From: Laetmonice hystrix
Lineage: Eukaryota
NCBI GenBank assembly: GCA_965235115.1
Contig: OZ249441.1
Location: 13,578,001-13,642,000, forward strand
Direction of reading: 5' to 3'
DNA length: 64,000 nucleotides
The notes below the pieces were generated by a model. That model worked only from the letters and a program-made list of their open reading frames with translations. It searched no databases and was not told where the DNA came from. Shown here piece after piece: positions 23,675-33,700 of the stretch (positions within the stretch are counted from its first letter, which is position 1; every line of letters starts with the position of its first letter). Both the position numbers and the translations under genes were made by a program.

Positions 23675-24799
23675 TTAAACTTGAACAAGGTTATTATATC
23701 GAGGTTCTGGTTGGATATACCTCCGTCTTCTATAATCATAAATTAAAAGTGTCACACAGAGTGATCCAGCATGGTCCAACTGTTCAAAGTCTGAGTAACG
23801 TCCTTGATCTGGTATAAGGTAATGCAGCCCTCTATACTTTGTGAGAAGATAAAATGCCTCGTCACGTTCAAGAAATCCAAAACAGTCTCTGATATGTGTG
23901 ATATCGTAATCAATGGGTTCAGAGAGTAACACATGGCTCTCATAGATCTCTTGTCTATAAGACAATTTCCTTGTGAGGCTCTTATCACACACGGGTATAC
24001 TTCTCTGTCCAGCTTGATGCAGTATGGGAAGTGACCGTGGATCACTTCTATTTCTGACCAGGGAATCAAGGAAGTGTTGATCTGGGAACTCCAGCTCACT
24101 AGATTCTAGACACATGGGATCCAACAATTGCTTTGTCTTCTGGGGGCCATTTCCCACAGTCTGGGTACTTTGGTCACCCCTGATTGTCCAAGTCTGAGTA
24201 GCAGAGTCAGATCTGCTCACTGCCTCACTCTGACAACTCTTGGTCTCGGATGGCACAGGGCAAAGTGCTTGCACACCTTTAGACTGGGTAGTGGGAGGAG
24301 CAGTTTGCAGCTCACGAGAGATGGTCACTGGCCTGTTTGTTTGGGTTGATGCGGTTGACATGGATGGTCCATGGTCGAGCGAAACGGCACTCACTGGAGG
24401 AGGATGTTGATTCTGTTGTGGGGTAGAGAGTCTGGCAGTTGACTTGCATTTCTTGTGACGTTTCTGCTGCAAAGCCGCTGACCTCTGCCCCTCAGGATGG
24501 TGGACTGGCTTGCCTGGTCCCTTGCTCTCCTCCTCTCTACTCCTGGATGCTGGCTGGACAGACTTCTGCTTGTTTCTCCATGCCTGGTATCTCTGAGCAT
24601 CACGGCGACGTCTGCTTGGAGATTTGTGACCAGAGGTCGATGACACACAAATGGACTTATCTGTGTCTGGATGGGTGTTCCACTCCAGAACTATGGACTT
24701 CTTATCCTGTGAGCTGGAGATGGACCAGCTTAGCGACACTCCAAGATTCTTGGCATCATGTAAAAATGCCAGAACAGGTTGTGGGAGAAATCCGTCCAT
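23675..24799 (-). CDS. 374-aa protein of unknown function encoded by the LTR element (Gag-position ORF)
   Basis: Uninterrupted ORF filling 1125 of the 1368 internal bp, starting about 90 nt after the PBS, in the same orientation as PBS, PPT and LTR promoter. Layout: compact N-terminal domain, basic motifs KSPSRRRRD and KRHKKCK, S/T/Q/P-rich linker with TQT-like motifs, aromatic-rich C-terminal domain. No CCHC knuckle. Confidence 0.85.
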   Translation of the reverse strand: MDGFLPQPVLAFLHDAKNLGVSLSWSISSSQDKKSIVLEWNTHPDTDKSICVSSTSGHKSPSRRRRDAQRYQAWRNKQKSVQPASRSREEESKGPGKPVHHPEGQRSAALQQKRHKKCKSTARLSTPQQNQHPPPVSAVSLDHGPSMSTASTQTNRPVTISRELQTAPPTTQSKGVQALCPVPSETKSCQSEAVSRSDSATQTWTIRGDQSTQTVGNGPQKTKQLLDPMCLESSELEFPDQHFLDSLVRNRSDPRSLPILHQAGQRSIPVCDKSLTRKLSYRQEIYESHVLLSEPIDYDITHIRDCFGFLERDEAFYLLTKYRGLHYLIPDQGRYSDFEQLDHAGSLCVTLLIYDYRRRRYIQPEPRYNNLVQV

Positions 24800-24875
24800 G
24801 GTTGTCTTCAGGCAGGCTGTGTCTTCTGGGAGCTAATACATATAGGGACTGTTAGCAGCTAAAAAGAGCTAGCTA

Positions 24876-24891
24876 CCCGGGTTCTCCACCA
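24876..24891 (-). other. primer-binding site, tRNA-Ala type
   Basis: Minus strand TGGTGGAGAACCCGGG begins 2 nt after the 5' LTR. TGGTGGAG is complementary to the ...CUCCACCA end expected from the tRNA-Ala G3:U70 pair and A73 discriminator. Confidence 0.8.
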
Positions 24892-24893
24892 AT

Positions 24894-25627
24894 TATCGTA
24901 CGGAAGGTTCCTACGACATTCCAGAAGACTGCGTGTACCGCAGAAGGACGAGGTTGAGCTGGTTAACTATATGAAGTTTATTCCAGTTCACTTTCCCAGT
25001 CTTTGTACAAAGTTATAACATGAGTATATATAGAGAAAACCATTGTCAAACTGACCAATGATATACAACATAAAAATGCTGGCTCCCGATTGGCTAAACC
25101 ATCACAGGGCAGGCCACTTTGGGGATTGTATATTGTTGTTAAAGACAAGTAAGTTGGCACTGGCAGACAGTCTAATGAGCAGTGATTACTGAGGCCGACA
25201 TCCTGGCACTAGTGAGCTGCTTCACAGAGGTGGGAAACAATAGGTGAGAAAACACCTGTATTACGGGTTCCCTGTGATGAGCGACTCTGCCCCTATGACT
25301 GTACTGCCTTCATTAATAAAACAACCTCCCAAACTAAAGCTGGGGAAAACCATCAATGGAGAACATATGTCACCCAAGAGATTACATTGTTTGTAAACCT
25401 AAGATGCCGATAGCAGACAATGAATACAAACTGAACATCTGAGAACGGTGGTTAAATCCTTAATACACCATAACATGGTTGGTAAATGTCTATAATGAAC
25501 ATATAATCCTTCTGGGTGTAAATCAAAGGTACACAATTTAAACTAGAGATAAGGATTGTCTCTGACATAGGTTGTCTGTCCATTGTTTTGAGCAAGAGTA
25601 GCCCATAGTGAAACTTGGGGTACGATA
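24894..25627 (-). repeat. 5' LTR (734 bp)
   Basis: Direct repeat of 22792-23525 with the same inverted termini. Confidence 0.95.
24977..25093 (-). promoter_or_regulatory. LTR core signals: CCAAT box, TATA box, AATAAA
   Basis: On the minus strand, in order: CCAAT (25093-25089), TATATATA (25032-25025), AATAAA (24982-24977). This fits a long U3, short R, short U5 layout; the same signals occur 2102 bp lower in the 3' LTR. Confidence 0.6.
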
Positions 25628-27589
25628 GATCCAATTGTGTGTGATAACGTTTACCAGACGTTGTCAGAGTAATCACTATGATAATGCCTGCAGGCAGCCC
25701 TCGCCCAATTACCCACACCTACCAACAGTTCAACTAACACTCTTCATCAAGGTTATCAGATTGAACACAAGGACAGGGAACTTGGTCTAGAACTGAGGTC
25801 TAGGGGTCCAATACCAGAGAAATCGGCCATAAATGATTCTTTCTACCATAGAGGGGCGATGGTGTGAAGTCAGCCTTCCTAGACGAATGACTCCATTCTA
25901 ATGGAATCTATATCAGAACTGCCTGAGGTATATTGTAGATCTCTAAGGATCCATAATCTCACGTGGCCTGATGAATGACATCATTCCACAGGCACTCAGA
26001 CAGCATAGAAGACGATAAGATACACACTGGGTTGTTCAGTCAGGGAATCTAAATAAACATACTGATTCCGTGCTGGTATCTATGGACCTCTAAATGGGAT
26101 TCCAGACTTTCGTTTGTGCAATAGGATATGTACATCATTTTATTACCTACCCTGACAACAAATGTCAAAGTGTTACTGCCACGCCGGAGTATTTGTCCCG
26201 TGTTAGTGGAATTACCAGCAGGTAATTTCGATCCATGCCGGCAGGTCTAATCTTGGTAAAATGTACACCATGGATGCACGACCTAATATCCATCAGTGCC
26301 CACTTGTAGGCCTCCATCAATCAGGGATGAGAGTTACCATGGTGTCCAGGTACCCCCTGCCTCCCCACCCCCGGGTCCGACCCAGGCTGGCTCCATCACT
26401 GGCTGGGCACCGACCAGGCATTGTTTCAGAGTTGGCACAGAATGAGGGTGTTCCTTCAGGACAAACAGCGCTGCACGCAAACTGTTGGCTTCCGGGGCCA
26501 GCACCAGGTGGGGCAGCGGACACCAAGATTTGTCCGGTACCCCAACCAACACCAACACCACCACACGAGGCCGGGGTTAATTCTGCTGAGTGCCAGTTAG
26601 GCTGCCAGCCGACCGCTGGGGACTGCAGCCCCCAGGGGGAGCCAGTAGTACTACTGTCTGGGGATTACATTAATGGTTTGTTCCCTGGTATACCATGTCG
26701 AAAAAGGTCCCGTGTTCAATAGACGCCTGGGGTACAAAACGGACATTTCTTACTAAAATACATCTATCCAATGTCAAGGTGTTTTGTCATTGTGACGTGC
26801 GAATTCTGGCCCTTCATATCTGTGAGTAGATGTTCCACTGACGATTGTCCATACTTATGACCATGGTGACATTTTCAAACTTTTATCGTCCGCAGTGTGA
26901 TACAGTTTATTGCCAGTGATTGCCAGTTTATCCAATTATTTGGTGAATTTCGGATTAATTTGATCCGTTGTGTCAGCCATGTTATTCCCGTGTCGGTCGA
27001 GAAGTGTTGCTGGGATCCCCTTGACGGTAAGCTGAGTCGGACCTTCCTGTCAGTCCTCATTTGTCAGGCTGTCTCACGTGAGACTAATTTATCTCTACGT
27101 CCACGCTTATCGGCCATAACAGCCATTTTCTGAACGACCTGCAAGTCGAGCACAACATGCAAAGTTTGTTTTCAGACATTTCGATGTTCATTAACTCGAG
27201 TGTAATGCTTTCACAGGCCGACGTCTATAAAATCTATCTACAGGCTTTCCCCTTTGTTCTATATGATCCATTCAAAAAGTACACGTGGAATGCAAAACAG
27301 GTGTTACCTTTCGAACGGTACATGGATACGGTACATGTGGATATATAGGTTCTCATCTGATGAACAGGAATTAACCTTTTAAAACCTCGTGATTCTGCGT
27401 CTTGTATTATAACAATACTAAAGAAAGTTCTCACTTTTTTATCCGAGTATAAGGATAACGGTTTTCAGTATCAGGAGGGACACTGTTTTTTTTTACCTCG
27501 ATGGGCGGGGGGGGGGGGGGGGGGGGCTGGGGCTGGCGCAGTGGACTTTCCTGCATTGCAGTGCTGCCGACTGCTTTATCCAAGGCCCG

Positions 27590-27775
27590 CCGTGTCGATA
27601 CGTCTATAAGGAGGGGCACGTTAAAAATCCCTTGGAATCTAAATAGTAGGGGTTCGCCCCGGTGCGCGGGTTTCTTCTATCATCTCATTATTATCACCCA
27701 ATGGATTTCACGGACTGAGCTAGTTACCTTGATATAGCTGAAATACTGCTGACTGGGCATTAAGTTAAACAACCA
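27590..27775 (+). mobile_element. SINE 3' fragment (no tRNA head recognised)
   Basis: Contains GGCACGTTAAAAATCCC and the tail GATATAGCTGAAATACTGCTGA...CATTAAGTTAAACAACC, which resemble from memory the central and 3' parts of molluscan SINEs. Not verified against a library. Confidence 0.55.
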
Positions 27776-30700
27776 CTGACTCAGGTCGAGTCGGGCAGAC
27801 ACCCAGACCAGCGCGAGTTCTCACCTGGATGGCAGTGCTCCCTACCCCATGGCGCAGTGTGGCCATACAACCCCTCACAATGGCCACCACATTCTCACAA
27901 TACGGTCTCTCGTTGTCTTTCACCAGGCTTACATAAAACATCTTGATGGCCTTTTAATGTTGCCAAGCCTGTGAGTGTCCAGAGAGCGGCTGCTCGGACT
28001 TACTGTGGATTAGGACGAAACGTTTTGCGGCCATCAATGGCCCATGTATATATCTCGGCTGGCCACCAGCTGTAGGTGACACACCAATGAAAGCCGATAT
28101 TCACTTGACCGATGGGCCAGGGCGGGGGTCTTTACACGTCCCCCGCCAGTCCCGGCTGCCTGCCTCACGTCGGGATAATCTGCCTGCTGGATTGAAGGGC
28201 AAGGTCGATCCAGGGACTCCTGATCCGCCTTCCTTCAACCACCGCCAAGACGCCGCTATTCTCAGTCCTAGAAATCATCCCCACTGATGGCACAGCTCGA
28301 ATAACGTGCTGCAATGAAATCCTCCAAGTCCTCCGCTCATCACCCTCAGATCTTCTGACCCTGACCTTCAGGTCAACTCCTCAAATTCTTGCCGTTAGTT
28401 TCCACAACGAGTTGGTTTCCATAAGGTCTGAATTGCCTCAACATCCACTCGGAACAGTGACGCATCAGTAAACTCTTCCATTCCAGAATACCTCAAAATT
28501 TCCTGCCTTTATAAATCTAATGAATACAACATTATTATTTCATCCTTTCGAATTATGTACAAACAGGAACGTCTGCATAAAATTGCAACACACATCAAAG
28601 TATCTCGACAACGCCCCCCCCCCCCTCCCCAACAAAAAAACGCTCACAAATTCCTTCTCGATAAGAAAGACATTTATTGTATTTTGATAGCGAACAGCTT
28701 TCTCTGTAGGTTGTCCTACATCCCCCTCGGGGCACGCCTATGTGTCTGAACCGTCCGGGACACTGTCACCTCGAATCAAATGAATATTAATGTGTTCATA
28801 GCGGATAAAGTCAACATATTGTGCCTGTGTTTTGCTATGCCAATGATAACATTACAAGCTGTGAAAATGGCCATCCTTGTTGTGATACGCCACAAGCGAC
28901 CACCGGCTGGTCCCCACCGACCCCGGGGGTATGGTGGGGAGTCAGCCGGGTCGCGTGACACCATACGACACCGGGCCATGGGTGCTTGCCGTCCAGCAAC
29001 ACTACCGCCTGCCCGTGTCAGGTACAGCCCTCGGCCCCTCGGCCCTACCTGGCCCTACCAGATCGACCACCCTGACTCTGTGGACAGTGTTCGCCATGCA
29101 GCCTCTCTGACAGCCGCCATCTACATAGAAAAGCCATCAATCGGTTCAGCTGGACCACATCAAAAGACCATCAGAACCGCTGGCCGTTCCTTTCAGCTGA
29201 AGCCAGGCGATGACACCCGGCTAATTTGGCTGGCTAATTTGGCTGGCCACCTCTCATTTATGGGGGACAATGCTGTGATCCGTTCGTTCAGCATCTCATT
29301 GTGTCTGCGTGCCTTTCCTCGACGCTAGCCGCGGTGCCGTCGGTCGCGGAGAGTGGCCGCTGAACAACATGTATCGCTCATTACCCCCCCCCCCCCTCCC
29401 CGCACCGTCTCCTGCCTGCCAGGTCGCCACCACCGGCCACCATGTGGGCTGGTCTTACATGCTTGCTGGAAACAAGCAGTCTTGCTCAGCCAGATGGCCA
29501 GATTAATCTCAGTCATTACCTGGCTAAAATTACGGACTGCAAGCAAACGCTGCAACCTTTATGTAGTATTCCGTATGTAGTATGCCGAGCGGCCGCCCAT
29601 GAACTCAGTAGTTCTATTCTATACAAATGTCGTTCACAAACAACGTAGATCTATACGAAATCAACAGGTCAAGGAGATATTCTGAACCACCGACATTTTG
29701 TACATCTTGAGGTATAGGCTCTGTCTTCATTCATTCATATACATGACAATAGATTGCTGCCCGGCTAGTAAAATGTTAAAAACACTTTCTGTCTCGCTAA
29801 GCTTAGTCCAAGGTCTAATGACCATAACCATCTGTAACCCTGGTAACAAGGGAATATGAAGTACTAATTCTCTATGTCTTATCGGTCTCTGACAGCCCAG
29901 ACCTGTTCACGTTATCTACATCACTACATCAGAGCGACATGTAGCGATAACAAGCTCCTCGTACTCGTCACACACCAGTGGTCTCGTCACAGCCACTCCA
30001 TCTGAAGACATCACGCCACCCGTCCCGAGTTAGAAGATCATGTTGTCACCACCCCAACTCCCACCCAGGAAATAATGTTTAAGTGGAGATTTTAATGGGG
30101 AACGGGGTTATAATGAGTTAATCGATAATGGGCCCCGTTGAAATTTCGTAAAATATCCCCTATAACCAAGACACAACAAATTAAATCTTCAGTATTTTCT
30201 GCCATGTCTGTCTATAGAGGCAATCGAAGAACCAATTGTGTGAGAGGCAATCGAAGAACCAATTGTGTGAAAATGAATGAAATGGTCCTCTTGTATATAG
30301 TGACAACTTCTGTGGTCAGTTTCTTTAACGAGATTTGAATGTTGTAACCCCATTGATCTGCTGGTCCGGCTCGCCCCCCCCCCCTCCTCCCCAATTAACC
30401 CGGGATGGTTGCGTTTTGATCACATGACCGAGTAGAACACCAATAAAACCAGACTTGTTCAGGGCTAAAGAACATGGTTTTTATGACAATTCCCGCTGCG
30501 ACACAAGTCCAGATACGGCCCCCTCGACCGTCCGTTGTACACTTGGTTTTCTACTCGCCCAACCTTAAACAAGCACACTTCAAGATGGAACCGAGGAAAA
30601 AAATAACAGAGCTTCCTTTGGTAAGTGTCACATGTTTGGCCTTTGTGTGTAAAGATTACACAAGGTGAGACGGGTATTTTCCAGTAATGTTTGCGTTGAG

Positions 30701-33700
30701 TTCACCCTGTACGCCCCCAGACCCAGGGTCTGGTGAACACGTGTCGGCCGACGATCCAGGACCTAGACCGTGTGTGGCCCTCGTCTTAACGACAAAACAC
30801 GCAGCTTTCCGATCGGCCCTAAGTCACTCGGCAAATACAACGTTCTGTTTGTCTTTCAGTGTGGCTCGCTTTGTATCAGATACAACCTTGTAATCCTCCT
30901 TATCACATAATGTATGCAGCACTTTCAAAGCTGTTTTCTTCAACGCATTTAACCAAAAGCGATCGGAAGACTTTAATTACTCTCTCGGGTTTTCTTACCT
31001 TAATCTTTCTTGTCTCACAACAGGTCGTTCCATAGGACTCCTGATTCAGGAAAGGTATAACCACCACGAAACAAATGAATCTCTTATTATGTTAACACCA
31101 AACCAAGTTAAGTCAAGCCATCCGCTCCTCTATAGATAATCAATTTTCTTTTCCGGATTACCTTACTGAGAACAAACAAGAAAGCAATCGTTGATGGTTT
31201 CCGCATGACTCATCAAAACTGTTCCAAATAACGCTCCGAAAATTCCCGACACTGACGCAGCTCGAAAAGAAAAAGACGCCATTGTGATTTTCTAAGGCTA
31301 CCGAGCCGAGCCGATGTCAAAGCAAGTTGTGGTTTGAGTGATCTAGCATACATGAATACATCCGGTCTGCTACCACCACGAGGTGGCTAGGGGACGGTGG
31401 AGTCGGTCACCTCACCCGGCCGGCTGAGGTCGTCATGGCCGGCAGAGGGACACTCGCTCACCGCCTGCCTCCCAAAACATTATTAATTCATCAACGGACA
31501 GCCGGCCATCTCAGCATCGTACGAACTGGGCCGGGTTACACTGATCCCTGGCAAGGCATCCCGTCTCATTAAACCGTCTGGCCGTGACGATGGCCTCAGT
31601 TTCCAACACGGTGTCAAATCCATCAATCCCTCAAAAAGCTGGCATTTGGCGGTTGGTATGTGTCCTTCCACCCCCTACACGCCATCTAATTACAGCCACT
31701 CAAGTCAGCCAAAACATCGAGTGGGCCCACACTTCACCTGGGAAAACTGATTATGCCTAATTAGTATCAGATGAAACATGCAAGGCTGTCTAGTCCGATG
31801 GGAGTGCAACTAGGGCTAACGAACTGAAGTGTGTGTTCCTGTGGGAATGTCGGGTTTCCTTGTTAACTAACTCATGCAAGACTGACGAATGGTTCCTGGA
31901 GATTTATCAAGGGGAGCTAGTTCAACTTGGTCCAACAGGAAATAAAAATCCCTGATTTACCTTGGACTAACTACAGATATGTATCTATATGTACTTCGTG
32001 CCGGAGTTCACTAACCAGTGTGCCCAGGGAACTGATAAAGGGGTCGAGACGGCAGAGACCTCTTTCAGCATCCTAAACGAGGTAGTTCACAACGCTGCAT
32101 GCTACCGACTCTGGTCTGGAACCCGCCTCCCTGCCCACATATACCCTGGAGAACAGGGCCTTGATGGGCGGGCCGCCGGCCGTCTGGGGCAGTCGCATGC
32201 TCCAGTGTTTGCCCCACTCGTGAAGGAGGGAGCGGGCTTCCAGGTCGGCGAGATCCCCAAGGATACGACGTCCTCGAGAAACTTCCTTGGTAAGAGTTCA
32301 GTTGTTGGGACCAGTTCCAGGGGTCAAGGGGGCTATACCTCAGACTGGTGAAACGTATATCTTTTACCCTAGAAACTGGCTGGTGAAGCGCATCCTTTAC
32401 CCAAGCTCCAGAATCAAAGTTCCTCAGGAGTATACAGAGATGATTGAAGGTCACCTGGGTCACCTTGAGCCCACCACAGTCTCCCGTGTCAGGTACACCC
32501 CCTGTGGCAGTACCAATACAAGCTTCCCTCCACGTGTCAGCCCAACCATTAAACACTTGACCCTGGAGCAATGGAACTAGCTTTTGTCCCTTGCGTCCCA
32601 TCAGCCCCTACTTCCGATAGCTCTAATCAAACTGGAATCCCTCCTGCATGGGATGCAAACCAAAACATTACCTCACTGCAGTCTGCACCAAATGACCCTT
32701 CATCAACACTATCACAGACATGTCGCAAAAATTGTTCTCAATGACGAGTGCGGAATTGAAACATACCTCTTCGACAACAACCTATCAACTGAGAAACATT
32801 TCGTGGGCAAGCTGGAATATTTCAAATAAAAGTGTGCTTTTAATGTCAGCGCCCCGTATGACCTTTGGTGGCGCTTGTCACCGCCGGCCAGCTCCCTCCC
32901 GGGCCGTGTGAGATAGCTGCCACCTAACTCACTTTACTGGGATTTACTGCTCACATAACGGTCCGTCCAGCGAATAGAAATCTATATTCTATTTGCGTCA
33001 GCACTAGCGGGCGGGATGGGTGGGGAGCTGAGGACTGGGAGGAGATGGTCATCTTCCTCCAGAGCGACCACTGTGAAGGCAGCCTTCCGTGTAGTGTGCA
33101 GTCGTCACACCTGAGATCACTACAGTGGGGACGTTGTGCCTGGCCGCTTGTAAAAGCTAGCTCGGCTTTCAGTCACCAAGCGAATTACTGCAGCGTTGGC
33201 GTTAAACACAGTCATAACCTTCAACAGGCCTGCAGTCGACGCTCTCGCCCGCTCCAGTCTGTGGCCAAATCAATAACGGGGCCGCTGCCGTTTCCTAAAT
33301 TCCCACTTAACCTGCACAAATTTGATGACCAATTTAACCTCTTGAGGTGGACGAGGCAGCGCGCCGCTCACACTGCACAGAGCCGAACGTGGAGAAGATT
33401 AGGCCTCATGCGTGGATCCTTCCCATAATGTGGCGGTATTTGCCGTGACCTCTGCTGCTGGCCACTTAGGGCCGCCACGTATCGGGCCATGAGGTGACAG
33501 CTACGTGTATCATTGTGTTATCTGGTGTCTACCATTGTGGCTCTGCAATACGGCAAGGTAAGCTGCTGCCCAGCCTGGACGACCTCCAAAAAAAAACGAT
33601 TCCAGTCGCCGTGCTGTGTGATACTCAACCCATCACTTCATTACCGAGAACATGTACTATGACAGAACATATACAGTCAAGTAGAGATGTAACATGACTG

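Larger units (their letters stand above)
22792..25627 (-). mobile_element. complete non-autonomous LTR retroelement (2,836 bp) with one ORF
   Basis: 734-bp direct repeats at a constant offset of 2102 bp; each has 8-bp inverted termini TATCGTAC...GTACGATA. GATC is duplicated on both flanks. PBS follows the 5' LTR and PPT precedes the 3' LTR on the minus strand. No RT, RNase H or integrase motifs seen. Confidence 0.95.

Noticed and set aside
23752-24855. Overlapping and antisense ORFs inside the LTR element (115, 73, 85, 138 and 61 aa)
   Set aside because: Shadows of the main ORF with no independent motifs.
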